A stretch of 64,000 nt of DNA, taken from IMG/VR virus record IMGVR_UViG_3300010885_080919, positions 34,321 to 98,320 of that record, one strand, 5' to 3'. Source of the DNA: a virus. Under the pieces are notes generated by a model. The model was not told the DNA's origin and made no database searches. It worked only from the letters and a program-made list of their open reading frames with translations. The position numbers and the translations under genes were made by a program. Shown piece by piece: positions 10,847 to 20,210 of the stretch (position 1 is the stretch's first letter; every line of letters begins with the position of its first letter).

Positions 10847-11532
10847 AGTTTTTTAGCCTCTAAAGCGACTATGTGTTCTTGATGTTTTACTTTTTTGTGA
10901 TTTTCTATCACTTCGTCTAAATTGAAATGAAATCTTCGACACAGCTCACTCATTCTCTCAGGAGGCGAAGCGTAAACGTTGTCTATTCCCCACATCAACT
11001 TGTTAGAATAAAAAGAAAACTCTTTATATTTATCGCAATAATTTAATATTTTAACAATATCTTTTGGCAAATATTTTAAAGTGCCTCTTCTATAATTAAA
11101 CAAATCAAATCTCATATTTAACACTAAATCGCAATTTTCTTGACATGCTCTATCCACAACATTGTGTATTCCGTGCCACATTCTTTTCCAAGCCAATATT
11201 GGCGTTCTAGTATTCCCAAGATTTCCATCTATTTTACCTAATAAAGATATCTTCTCTTCGTCTTCTACAACCACGCTTTTTAGATTTTCATTTGAAAAGT
11301 ATTCTTTAATCATATTTTCATTTATTTCCTTTTTTGGTTTTTCCAAAAACCTCCAACTAACGTCTGCTTCGTCCACAATCCAACTATGAACGTACAAAAA
11401 AGTATTGTATTCTCGGGAAATTTTTGATACAAAGTCTTTAAGAAGGCTGTTTTCTAGCGAGCCTCGTTCGTGTCCTCTTATAGCAATTGCTATTTTAGTT
11501 TTCTTTTTTGGTTTGATTAATTTATGAATCAT
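10843..11532 (-). CDS. Hypothetical protein (glycan-cluster associated)
   Basis: KIAIAIRGHER, HSW, MRFDL; full-length ORF. Confidence 0.5.
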   Translation of the reverse strand: MIHKLIKPKKKTKIAIAIRGHERGSLENSLLKDFVSKISREYNTFLYVHSWIVDEADVSWRFLEKPKKEINENMIKEYFSNENLKSVVVEDEEKISLLGKIDGNLGNTRTPILAWKRMWHGIHNVVDRACQENCDLVLNMRFDLFNYRRGTLKYLPKDIVKILNYCDKYKEFSFYSNKLMWGIDNVYASPPERMSELCRRFHFNLDEVIENHKKVKHQEHIVALEAKKL

Positions 11533-12273
11533 GAATTTGAAGAATTAAAAAGGTTTTTAAAAGATGATGCTTGGCCGAAAGCAGTCGATAAATGTATCAA
11601 TTTAAATATAGAAAAGGAAAAGGAAAATAGAGCGACAAATATATTGAATATTTTCGATATAGATCTAAAAGGAAAAAGATTTCTTGATTTTGGTTGCGGA
11701 GAAGGACATGTAGCTTTAAAGGCCAAACCTCTATCTTTTTTGTCTATGGGGTTTGATCTTTTCGAAAAAGGAGACTTATGGGCAAGGAATGATAATTTGA
11801 CATTAGATTGGAAGAGAATAAAAGATAGCGGTCCATACGATGTTATTTTGATGCACGATGTGGTTGATCATATAATAGGTGATTACAACGATGTGTTTGA
11901 AAATATAAAGGATGTCTCTAACGGTCTTGTATGCATTAGATGCCACCCATTTTGTGGCAGGCACGGATTCCACATGCACCATCAGATAAACAAGGCGTTT
12001 ATTCAAATGGTGTTCACAGAGCAAGAATTGACTTTACTGGGATTATATCAAGAAGAAAAGACTGCTCCGATAATACTTCCTACTCAATTTTATAGTTTTT
12101 TTTCTAAGTATTTTGAAGTTTTAGAATTTCGAATAACAAGGGATCCAGTAGAAGATTTCTTCAAGAATGAACTTGTTGAAAGTAGAATAAAACTATGGTA
12201 TGGCGACGATCTCAAATTTCATGACCATATGTCCTGTTCTTTTGTTGATTTTATTCTTTGCAACAAAAGTTAA
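11524..12273 (+). CDS. Class I SAM-dependent methyltransferase (paralog of 38034-38963)
   Basis: FLDFGCGEG motif I, YDVILMHDVVDH. Confidence 0.8.
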   Translation: MNHEFEELKRFLKDDAWPKAVDKCINLNIEKEKENRATNILNIFDIDLKGKRFLDFGCGEGHVALKAKPLSFLSMGFDLFEKGDLWARNDNLTLDWKRIKDSGPYDVILMHDVVDHIIGDYNDVFENIKDVSNGLVCIRCHPFCGRHGFHMHHQINKAFIQMVFTEQELTLLGLYQEEKTAPIILPTQFYSFFSKYFEVLEFRITRDPVEDFFKNELVESRIKLWYGDDLKFHDHMSCSFVDFILCNKS

Positions 12274-12899
12274 ATTTTTTGTATTATTCCTGTTCCGTAT
12301 CTTGTTTTGAATATATAAGGTTTAAGCTTTTTGTTGTCGCAAAAACTGTCAAAAGCTTCTTTTGAAGGCGGATTTTTGTTCATATATTCGACTATTATAA
12401 TGCCTGAATCTGATACTTGAGGCCACATTAATTCCATATATTCAAGTTGTTTATCGTATTTTTTCTCTTCCCCAATCAAAACAACATCCCAAAGATTTTT
12501 TGAAAAGTCTAGAAATTCTTGATCATACAACTCCCCAGAATAGAAATTTTTATTTTTCTTAAATACTTTGTTTATGTTTATTTTTCCAATTCTAGTAGAA
12601 ACAAATTCAGGAATTTTTTCTTTAAATCCAAAGAAATTTTCAACGCTTTTGCAAGACAGCATAAAGCTAGAACTAAGCAACCCGAGCGTGAATCCTATTT
12701 CTGCTAAAGACTTTGCAGGAAAGTATTTTCCTAGATAATAATAAAAAGGAGCATACGTATGATCTACGTAGGCAGATGTTTTTCTAGATCCGTCTTCTAT
12801 AACACAAAACCGGTCGAGCAGTACTTTCCCGCTTATTTTTTGTGATTCTAGTTCTAAATCTATTTTGTTTTTTATTTCATCAAGAGATATGAGTTGCAT
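12270..12899 (-). CDS. Divergent methyltransferase-fold protein
   Basis: LAEIGFTLGLLS motif-I-like, WDVVLI, GIIIV. Confidence 0.5.
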   Translation of the reverse strand: MQLISLDEIKNKIDLELESQKISGKVLLDRFCVIEDGSRKTSAYVDHTYAPFYYYLGKYFPAKSLAEIGFTLGLLSSSFMLSCKSVENFFGFKEKIPEFVSTRIGKININKVFKKNKNFYSGELYDQEFLDFSKNLWDVVLIGEEKKYDKQLEYMELMWPQVSDSGIIIVEYMNKNPPSKEAFDSFCDNKKLKPYIFKTRYGTGIIQKI

Positions 12900-12942
12900 A
12901 CTATAATAGAGATATAAATCTATAATTAGTTGGGGAAAATAT

Positions 12943-13668
12943 ATGGGATTTGAAGTTTGTTATTATTTCCACGATAAAATTAATGGCGAATACGACAAAG
13001 AAGAAATAAAAAGTTTCAAAAAGAAGGTAGGAGATCCTTTTGAGGAAACTCCCTTGGAGAAGCTATCTACAGCAATAATGGCCCAGTTAGCCAGAAGAGA
13101 TATTTGGATTATCAATGTAGAGGTTTACGAGCTTTCTAAAAAGAAAATCACTTTTAAAGAAACAAAAGGTGGTATGATTATAAAAAACAAGAAATTCTTG
13201 TTTGATTCTTTAGAAGGCCCAACATCAGTAGAGGATGAAGAAGAGACAAAATGCAATATGCAGCCTCACAACGCATTACAGCCCCATAATGCATTACAGC
13301 CTCACAATACTCTTAAACATCAAGCAAGTGTCTCTAATAGACGCATAGTAGATACAGTGGTCTATTCCCCAGAGCCTGCACAGATCATAGAAGCAGAAAG
13401 AAAAAATTTAAAACTAACACTTGATAAAAAGTATTCTGTTTTTAAGAAAAGCGTATCTCCAACAGGTTTGGGAGAATTATATTTGATAGAAGATGACGCA
13501 GGAAAAGAAATCTCTGTATCAGACGTATATTTTGTACCAGCAGCAGTTAATTTGTATGCTGATAAAGAGTTAGATTTTTCAGGTGCTCGCAGTCAAAAAG
13601 AAGGAGTAAACCTTTTGTGGGGTGGTGCCTCTTTCGATGAAAACATGCCAAATATTCGTAAAAGGTGA
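12943..13668 (+). CDS. Hypothetical protein with short QPHN(A/T)L repeats
   Basis: ORF; three 18-nt imperfect repeats at 13261-13314. Confidence 0.6.
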   Translation: MGFEVCYYFHDKINGEYDKEEIKSFKKKVGDPFEETPLEKLSTAIMAQLARRDIWIINVEVYELSKKKITFKETKGGMIIKNKKFLFDSLEGPTSVEDEEETKCNMQPHNALQPHNALQPHNTLKHQASVSNRRIVDTVVYSPEPAQIIEAERKNLKLTLDKKYSVFKKSVSPTGLGELYLIEDDAGKEISVSDVYFVPAAVNLYADKELDFSGARSQKEGVNLLWGGASFDENMPNIRKR

Positions 13669-13672
13669 AATT

Positions 13673-14149
13673 ATGTCTAAAAAACAAAAAGAAAGAAAAA
13701 AGAAGCTTCGTGAACAAGTCGCACGAAGTAGAGTTGTCAGAAGAAGAGCAACGCTTCGTACAGATAGGAAAAAAGCTTTGCTTGAGCAAAAAAAGCAGCA
13801 AATAGCAGAAAATGCTGTTTATGGCAAACAACAACCTTTTATAAAAGATAATCTTGTAGAAGAACTGACAGATGATCAAAAGAAGAAGAAATTTGATGAA
13901 ATTCAAGAAAAAATAAATCATAATTACAAAATTCTTGAAGCTCTTGAACAAGAATACGATCAAGAACAAGCTCAAAGAAAAGAAATCAATGAGAAGCTAG
14001 AACAAGAAGGCTGCAAGACAATAAGAGAGAAAATGGACTCTTTGCATCAAAAAGCTTTAGAGATAGAAGGTAAATCTCAAGAATTAGCAGATGCTCAGAA
14101 TGAATATGAAGCAGAAAAGAACGACATAATAGTAGAAAATGACCAGTAA
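13673..14149 (+). CDS. Hypothetical coiled-coil protein with basic N-terminus
   Basis: AGGTGA SD, charged helical composition. Confidence 0.6.
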   Translation: MSKKQKERKKKLREQVARSRVVRRRATLRTDRKKALLEQKKQQIAENAVYGKQQPFIKDNLVEELTDDQKKKKFDEIQEKINHNYKILEALEQEYDQEQAQRKEINEKLEQEGCKTIREKMDSLHQKALEIEGKSQELADAQNEYEAEKNDIIVENDQ

Positions 14150-14257
14150 AATATTTTTTTTAAAATCTATTGATCTACTGGCCGATATATCATATAGTTC
14201 AAACCAGCGATGAGTTTTGAACACAAAACTTTATTTTTAACTATAGGAGTAACTATT

Positions 14258-15247
14258 ATGTCAACTGAATACGAAGCCCTTGATATGTCTCAAATGATCT
14301 CGGAATACGAGAGAGTCAGCCAAGAGCCTGGTGCCGCAAGAGGCGAAGATTATCTTGAAAAGTTTGTAAGACTGCCAGATCGTGATGGATTTGTTTCGAT
14401 GAGATTTCTGCCTCGCAAAAAGGGACAGAATTTTGTGTGTGTAACAAGAGTTCACACTCTTGTAAATCCTGCAACAAAGCAGAAGCGAACCTACCATTGC
14501 CGTAGAGAGCTTGTACACACAGACAAGGGGCCAAAGTGGCACGGTGATTGCATCATCTGTCGGTATTACTCTGACACATGGCAGCGATCAGAAGCTGTTA
14601 GCGGCAAAGCACAAGAAGATCTTCAGAATCAGGCAAGAGCCATTAAGCCTGTTGAAAGATATTATTACAATGTGATTGTTCGCTCTGCTAAAAATAAGGA
14701 CGGCGTAGTAGAGTCTAATGTTGGTCCAAAGATTTATAGTTGCGGAAAGAGCCAGCACGCCAAGATTACACGTGCTATTGTAGGAGACGAGGTTGCTGGT
14801 GAAGCTCCTCTGGGCGACATCACACATCCAATTAATGGCCGAGATTTCAAGGTCGTTAAGAAGGTTGTCAAGGGTGGTGGAGGTCAGGAGTATCCTAATT
14901 ATGATAGCTCCAAGTTCGAAGAACCTTCTCCTCTCGGAACCAAAGAAGAGATCTCGAATTGGATCGAAAAGGCCCATGATCTTCAAACGCTCAGGGTCGT
15001 TAAGACTGACGAGGAACTCAAGCAGGCTTTGCGAGTCCATCTAGGCTTGGTCAAGGATTCAGATTCTTCGCAGAATGATGACCTTGAGGAATTTAAGTCT
15101 GCAGGTCAATCAAGTAGTGCTCCTGCTCCTGTTGCTGCTTCGAAAATTAAAGAAGAAGTAAAGGTTTTAACTCCTAAGGCAGTTGAGTCTAACGATGAAG
15201 ACTTGCTGGCAGACGACGATTTTATGCGTGAATTAGGATCTATGTGA
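14258..15247 (+). CDS. Single-stranded DNA-binding protein, T4 gp32-like
   Basis: RFLP, C..C zinc motif, YYYNVIV, G.DF.V.K, YPNYDSSKF, acidic C-tail; AGGAG SD. Confidence 0.85.
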   Translation: MSTEYEALDMSQMISEYERVSQEPGAARGEDYLEKFVRLPDRDGFVSMRFLPRKKGQNFVCVTRVHTLVNPATKQKRTYHCRRELVHTDKGPKWHGDCIICRYYSDTWQRSEAVSGKAQEDLQNQARAIKPVERYYYNVIVRSAKNKDGVVESNVGPKIYSCGKSQHAKITRAIVGDEVAGEAPLGDITHPINGRDFKVVKKVVKGGGGQEYPNYDSSKFEEPSPLGTKEEISNWIEKAHDLQTLRVVKTDEELKQALRVHLGLVKDSDSSQNDDLEEFKSAGQSSSAPAPVAASKIKEEVKVLTPKAVESNDEDLLADDDFMRELGSM

Positions 15248-15265
15248 TGTGACTCCTGTTCCGGT

Positions 15266-15318
15266 GGGGGGGTAGGAGAAATGCTCCATACCCATCTTCT
15301 TCTACCCCCTCTTTTTTT
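15266..15318 (+). terminator. Intrinsic terminator after SSB
   Basis: GGGGGTAGGAGAA/TTCTTCTACCCCC stem followed by T-tract. Confidence 0.7.
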
Positions 15319-15343
15319 ATATTTTACAATACAAGGAATTTTT

Positions 15344-16588
15344 ATGGCTAAGAAGAAAAATGCGGTTGATGCTGATGAAGAAGATAATTTCTTTGAGGAT
15401 TTCGCAAAGAAAACTGGATGCGAAGTTCTTGATAAAATAGATAGTGTTAAATATTTTGTAGACACAGGCTCTTTAGCCTTGAACTACATATGCTCAGGAA
15501 AATTTATAGCTGGTGGTGTTCCGGGCGGCAAATTAACAGAAATATATGGCCCAAGCTCTTCTTCAAAGAGTTTAATTGGTACGAATATATTGCATGGTTG
15601 CCAGAGAATGAAAGGAATTCCAATCCTTTTAGATTGCGAGAATTCTGCAAACAAAGAGTTTATTAAGAAGGCATCTCACTGCGATCTTAAAAAGGTGGCA
15701 CGATGTGCTCCAGAAAGTTTGGAAGAAGTCTTTTTGAAGATGCACAAGATGATTGAATATGTGCGTGAGAAAAAAGATAATAGTGTTCCAATTGTTATTT
15801 TGTACGATTCGATTGGAGTATCACCATCAGCCAGAGAGCTTAAAGAAGTAGCACTGCCTGAGAATTTTACAAAAGCAGATTTCAAAAGAATAGTCGGAGG
15901 AAATGAGCAACCGGGCGAAAGAGCCAAGATTTGTTCAAAGGAATTCAGGAAACTGAACACCGCTTTGGAAAAGCATAATGCCACGGTTGTAATATTAAAT
16001 CAGACTAGAGATAAAATCGGCGGTTTTGCTCCAATGGGAATGCAGGCAAAAACCACAGCGGGTGGTGGTAACGCTCTTCCTTTTTATGCTTCATGTCGCA
16101 TAGAAACTAAGACCCAAATTAAAATTGACCGTAAAATTACGGCAACTAAGAAAAAGGTCTTGGGAATTAATGTCAAGATGAAGAATGTGAAAAACAAGAC
16201 TCATAGGCCATTCATAGAGTCAGATAACATTCAACTATTGTTTGATAGAGGAGTTAATCCTTTGAGTGGTCTCTTGTCTTGTTTGATGGACGCAGATCGC
16301 ATCGAAGCAAAGAGTGCAGGAAATTTTCTTGTCAAACAGCCATGGGCAGGAACAGAAGAAGAAGTAAAATTCAAGGCAAGCCTTGATCGAAATGATGTTC
16401 CTATGGATATTTTGCTCAAATGTCCAGGTTTAATCGATGCTGTTAGCGAAGAAGAAGTGAGAGAATATCTAGAACCTTTTATGGAAGCAATTAATTTTGA
16501 TCCTGAAAGCGACAAGGACATTGTCATCACTGATGTTTCCTCAGGATTTGATGATTACGGAATTGATGAAGATTTAGAAGCTGAGTAA
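15344..16588 (+). CDS. recA: RecA/UvsX-like recombinase
   Basis: DTGSLALN, GKLTEIYGPSSSSKS, D.E, YDSI, ILNQTR, GG.ALPFYAS.R, VKNK; acidic tail. Confidence 0.9.
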   Translation: MAKKKNAVDADEEDNFFEDFAKKTGCEVLDKIDSVKYFVDTGSLALNYICSGKFIAGGVPGGKLTEIYGPSSSSKSLIGTNILHGCQRMKGIPILLDCENSANKEFIKKASHCDLKKVARCAPESLEEVFLKMHKMIEYVREKKDNSVPIVILYDSIGVSPSARELKEVALPENFTKADFKRIVGGNEQPGERAKICSKEFRKLNTALEKHNATVVILNQTRDKIGGFAPMGMQAKTTAGGGNALPFYASCRIETKTQIKIDRKITATKKKVLGINVKMKNVKNKTHRPFIESDNIQLLFDRGVNPLSGLLSCLMDADRIEAKSAGNFLVKQPWAGTEEEVKFKASLDRNDVPMDILLKCPGLIDAVSEEEVREYLEPFMEAINFDPESDKDIVITDVSSGFDDYGIDEDLEAE

Positions 16589-16602
16589 AAAATTATAAGA
16601 AT

Positions 16603-16641
16603 GGTGGGTGGTGCTAGTCCTTTTGGAAAGCACCACCCACC
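16603..16641 (+). terminator. GC-rich hairpin between recA and tRNA (terminator or processing signal)
   Basis: 13-bp inverted repeat GGTGGGTGGTGCT/AGCACCACCCACC; no strong U-tract. Confidence 0.5.
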
Positions 16642-16651
16642 GGAACTTTAT

Positions 16652-16922
16652 GGCCCCATCGTCTAACGGTTAGGACAGCAGACTTTCAAAAGGGAGTGCC
16701 TAAAGAGAAATCTTTAGAGTAGAATCGCTCAAAGTCGGTGAACGCTTTAAAATGCTAATACCGAGCCAAGCCTAAGTGATTAGGAAGGTGTAGAGACTTG
16801 ACGGGCGACACCTAAAGCAACAGCTATGGTGAAGGTAAAGTCCACAGACAAATCGAAAGAGCAACGAAAGTTGCAGTGTCTAGGTCAATCTGCTAATCGG
16901 AGTTCGATTCTCCGTGGGGTCA
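16652..16922 (+). tRNA. tRNA-Glu(UUC) interrupted by a group I intron; exons 16652-16685 and 16885-16922; CCA not encoded
   Basis: Acceptor GGCCCCA/TGGGGTC, D-arm, anticodon stem GCAGA/TCTGC, reconstituted loop CTTTCAA, T-loop GTTCGATTC. Confidence 0.92.
16686..16884 (+). ncRNA. Group I self-splicing intron (IC3, Azoarcus tRNA-Ile intron-like), 199 nt, no ORF
   Basis: P1 with U.G at splice site, P2 GAAA loop, P3 CGCTC/GGGCG, P4 TCGGTG/TACCGA, GTAGAGACTT/AAGTC P7, P8 receptor CCTAAAG..TATGG, P9 GAAA loops, terminal G. Confidence 0.9.
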
Positions 16923-16940
16923 CTTTAAAATTTAAATTAA

Positions 16941-17186
16941 ATGCACGAAACACCTGATAAACAGTACCGCCTCAATAATGTGGCCAATTTAATTTTAATT
17001 CTCCAGAGGTTGCCACAAGACGCCCTAATATATCCTGTTAGTATTAATTGCGAAATGGACCTTTCCTGCACAGAAGTAGTCACTACTATCGAATTGAAAA
17101 TATTTGCAAACTTATTAGATGTGATCTCAAATCCTGTAGCGGTTATCGAACAAAACATCACACCTAATAGGATAGAGTTTAAATGA
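16941..17186 (+). CDS. Hypothetical protein
   Basis: ORF coupled to next gene (ATGA overlap). Confidence 0.45.
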   Translation: MHETPDKQYRLNNVANLILILQRLPQDALIYPVSINCEMDLSCTEVVTTIELKIFANLLDVISNPVAVIEQNITPNRIEFK

Positions 17187-17530
17187 ACGACCTTGTTGAA
17201 AGATTAATTGCTGCATCTCAACTTCTTAATGAAGCCGCAGAAAAAATCAAAGAGTTAGAGGATTGTCTTCGATGGACACCAATTGAAGACGGTATCCCCA
17301 CAGAATATGAATATGTAGAATATACAGGCATGTGCGGAACGCAGATTGGGCGTGCTTTTCTTGAATCATCAGGCACTATTAGCTTCATGGAGGCAGAAGA
17401 TGGCCCCCATCACATAGGTACTGATGAACAAGGCCAGATTGGAGTTACTCACTGGCGACGTATTCCAAAAGACCCTACAGCCGATCAGATACTGAACAGC
17501 ATCAAGACGACAGATCATCGAATTTCTTGA
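17183..17530 (+). CDS. DUF551-like phage protein
   Basis: RW.P.E...P and VTHWR.IP motifs. Confidence 0.6.
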   Translation: MNDLVERLIAASQLLNEAAEKIKELEDCLRWTPIEDGIPTEYEYVEYTGMCGTQIGRAFLESSGTISFMEAEDGPHHIGTDEQGQIGVTHWRRIPKDPTADQILNSIKTTDHRIS

Positions 17531-17535
17531 TTGAT

Positions 17536-17982
17536 TTAATTTGATCTTTTGTAAACACCAGTTTTAATTTTTGAGAATTCATATCCTTTTTTCTCTAATT
17601 CTAATTTTGTCTTTTTAAAGTAGTTGTACAAAGTTACCTCTGATATATCGTACTTTTTAAATTTGCTTTTAATCTTCTTGATTGACATTGGCTTTTTATT
17701 TATAAGCTCTGTCACTATAAAATCTTTAATTTTACCTGATAGATTGTTTTTTTCTGTTTTTTTGATTTGTTCTATTATTTTGTAGGTGTTCTCTATCTTT
17801 TTGTTACCTACACTGCATAGTGCAGAAGCAAGTTGATCTAACTCTAGAATCTCTCCTTTTTCTAACTCTACTATAAAAGCTTTAGAATTGAATGTTTTCA
17901 AAAAATCATTTAGTTGAATTAGATTTTTTTTATGCGTAAAAAACTGTCTTTTATCGTTTGTTTCTATTAATATGCATTTCAT
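17536..17982 (-). CDS. Hypothetical protein, possible C-terminal winged helix
   Basis: ISEVTLYNYF...G.Y pattern; AAGGAA SD. Confidence 0.5.
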   Translation of the reverse strand: MKCILIETNDKRQFFTHKKNLIQLNDFLKTFNSKAFIVELEKGEILELDQLASALCSVGNKKIENTYKIIEQIKKTEKNNLSGKIKDFIVTELINKKPMSIKKIKSKFKKYDISEVTLYNYFKKTKLELEKKGYEFSKIKTGVYKRSN

Positions 17983-18039
17983 ATTTGATTCCTTTACAAA
18001 TTATTATATATTTAATACGCCTTTAAACAAGAGGGATTT

Positions 18040-18978
18040 ATGGATTTAAATTCTCTGATTAGATTTGGCGTGGAAATAGAGATAAATTCTTTTGATGGCC
18101 TTAGCAAACCTCTCGGTCATCAAGCAGGCGAACCACCAGTTGGAATGTACTGTGTAGCAGATTTGATATATCGAGCAATTAAAGAAAAAGTTTTTATCAA
18201 TAAGTGGGGTAATAATCACGACAACGATTACTGGGTAATAAAACCAGATTCTAGTTGTGGAATAGAAATATGCTCTCCTGTTTTGAAGGGGTGGTATGGA
18301 ATAAAAAAAATAAAAAAAATAGCTAATTGTTTACATGAAGACAAGAGCGTGACGAGTGATGATAGATGTTCTTATCATGTTCATTTTGATGTTTCTGATT
18401 TTTCTTCTGAAGAGCTTAATTCTGTAATTTCTTGGTGGATAAAATGCGAAGCAGTTTTTATGGATGCTATGCCAAAAAATAGAAAAATAAATCAATTTTG
18501 CCAATTGATAGCGGCCACAGATGTTATTCCAAATGTTGCAAGTTTTTTATCTACAGAAGATTTAGTAAAAAGATTAGGTATTTCAAAATATTATTCTATG
18601 AACACGTTCCATTATTACAACAATAAAAGAGAGAGCATCGAGTTTAGAATAATGGACAATGAATGTTGTTTGGACTCCGAAGCTGCTGGTAATTGGGTGG
18701 CTTTTTTGTTGCACTTTTTAGAAACTTGTAGAAAAAAAGGCAGGCCAAAATCTTTTGTGCCTAGCGATAGTATGAGTGGATATTGTTGGTTAGATCCAAT
18801 AGAAGTTTTTAACTTTTTGGATTTCACGCCTGAGTTTGATACGTCTCCAAGATTGCTGGAGGTTAAAAACTGGTTCTTAACTAGACTAAAAAATAATAGT
18901 GTTGATGCACATTCCAACGGCTTGTTTAGCAAGCAGTGTAGAAGCGTAGCGATTAAACAAATTAAAAAAATGAATTGA
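18040..18978 (+). CDS. Putative amidoligase (COOH-NH2 ligase type 2)
   Basis: FGVEIE, W.IKPDSS.G.E..SP.L, CSYHVH, KY.SMN, SIEFR. Confidence 0.8.
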   Translation: MDLNSLIRFGVEIEINSFDGLSKPLGHQAGEPPVGMYCVADLIYRAIKEKVFINKWGNNHDNDYWVIKPDSSCGIEICSPVLKGWYGIKKIKKIANCLHEDKSVTSDDRCSYHVHFDVSDFSSEELNSVISWWIKCEAVFMDAMPKNRKINQFCQLIAATDVIPNVASFLSTEDLVKRLGISKYYSMNTFHYYNNKRESIEFRIMDNECCLDSEAAGNWVAFLLHFLETCRKKGRPKSFVPSDSMSGYCWLDPIEVFNFLDFTPEFDTSPRLLEVKNWFLTRLKNNSVDAHSNGLFSKQCRSVAIKQIKKMN

Positions 18979-18998
18979 TATATAATATTGGAGATTTT

Positions 18999-19463
18999 AT
19001 GTTAAGAAAAGAGAGAGAACTAAACGAAGTAATAGCTAATATGAAGTCTTTGGGGGAGATGTTGGTCCCATACAATTATCCTCGTACTCCGTTGATTTTA
19101 TACGAAGATTCTTATGAGTTTTTCAAAGAAAGAGATGTTGTTGTAGACGGATATTCGCTTATCATTCATTACCAAAAATCTGATTACAAAGAATATTTTC
19201 TTAAGACTTTTCAAATCCACAATAAAACTGGGCCTTTTTTGCCATTTTATTTGGTTGCGAAAATGGCAAAAAAGTTTTTAGGATCTGAGTATTTGTCTTT
19301 AGTAGAGATATTCAAAGACAGCAAGAAAATTTATTGTTGGTCTGTTGCAGTAGATGAGAATGATGTTGCTATTGAAACTCCATACGAAATAGATGGCGAA
19401 AAGTGTAGTTTTGAGGGGTTTGAATATATCTACATGAGCCCAGAAAGTATCAATTTCTATTGA
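18999..19463 (+). CDS. Hypothetical protein
   Basis: GGAG SD, ORF. Confidence 0.6.
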   Translation: MLRKERELNEVIANMKSLGEMLVPYNYPRTPLILYEDSYEFFKERDVVVDGYSLIIHYQKSDYKEYFLKTFQIHNKTGPFLPFYLVAKMAKKFLGSEYLSLVEIFKDSKKIYCWSVAVDENDVAIETPYEIDGEKCSFEGFEYIYMSPESINFY

Positions 19464-19561
19464 TTTGCAGATTGGCAATTGGAAATATTCTTTAAAAAAA
19501 AGATTTTAGACCCATATATATGATTAGTAGGATTCTACTTTTTGCAAAAAGGAGATAATAT

Positions 19562-19789
19562 ATGTCAAATTATGCAGTACAACTCGTTCCAGCACTAGTC
19601 AATTTCGCAACAGAAAGTGGACTAGATACCTCAGTCGTGGGTGGTGTTTCTCTCCAGAGAACTCTAAACATGGTTATGACTGTTGATTCATCTGCTAATC
19701 GCAAGATGGTCGTTGCAGTCAAAGACGACGGTACTTTTAGCGACGTTCCGCAGACACTAGTTAGTGTCCCCGGCATTATCGCTGGTTGA
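19562..19789 (+). CDS. Small hypothetical protein, probably highly expressed (possibly virion)
   Basis: AAGGAG SD, own terminator, small-residue-rich. Confidence 0.6.
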   Translation: MSNYAVQLVPALVNFATESGLDTSVVGGVSLQRTLNMVMTVDSSANRKMVVAVKDDGTFSDVPQTLVSVPGIIAG

Positions 19790-19814
19790 TTTTCGGAATG
19801 AAAAAAACGATAAG

Positions 19815-19851
19815 AAAAAGGGTCATTTTTGAAAAAGAATGATCCTTTTTT
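19815..19851 (+). terminator. Intrinsic terminator
   Basis: AAAAAGGGTCATT/AATGATCCTTTTTT inverted repeat. Confidence 0.6.
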
Positions 19852-19907
19852 GTTTTGATTTTAATATATAAATATATGAACATTCCTTTTTCGCAAAGGA
19901 GCTTAAA

Positions 19908-20210
19908 ATGTCTTCCAAAGGTAAAATTCAGCATTTGCTTGTTGATTATCTTCTTAAATACGGCCAAATTGAATTGGCTCTCCCAGATGGAGTTGTGTTA
20001 GAAATAGGTGTAACACAAGAAGATGAAACTGGTGGCTTCATAGTCAAAGATGATTATTGTTGGGTCATTGCGACTCACAAGAATCGATCAGCTTCGTTGG
20101 ATCCATATAATCTTGGAATAAGATTTACTGGAAACAATAAAAATTTAGTTTTAGAAGACAAATTTGTTGACCAAGACGGACTAGAAGTCACAAGATTAGA
20201 CGTAGTCTAA
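19908..20210 (+). CDS. Hypothetical protein
   Basis: AAGGAG SD, ORF. Confidence 0.6.
   Translation: MSSKGKIQHLLVDYLLKYGQIELALPDGVVLEIGVTQEDETGGFIVKDDYCWVIATHKNRSASLDPYNLGIRFTGNNKNLVLEDKFVDQDGLEVTRLDVV

Noticed and set aside
15281-15343. ORF-track N-terminal extension of RecA (and similar extensions at 725, 2091, 14210, 42205)
   Set aside because: Extensions run through terminators or upstream genes; downstream starts fit SD and homology better.
16686-16884. Archaeal/eukaryotic protein-spliced tRNA intron at 37/38
   Set aside because: Group I core elements and the terminal G place the splice sites at 34/35; no bulge-helix-bulge.
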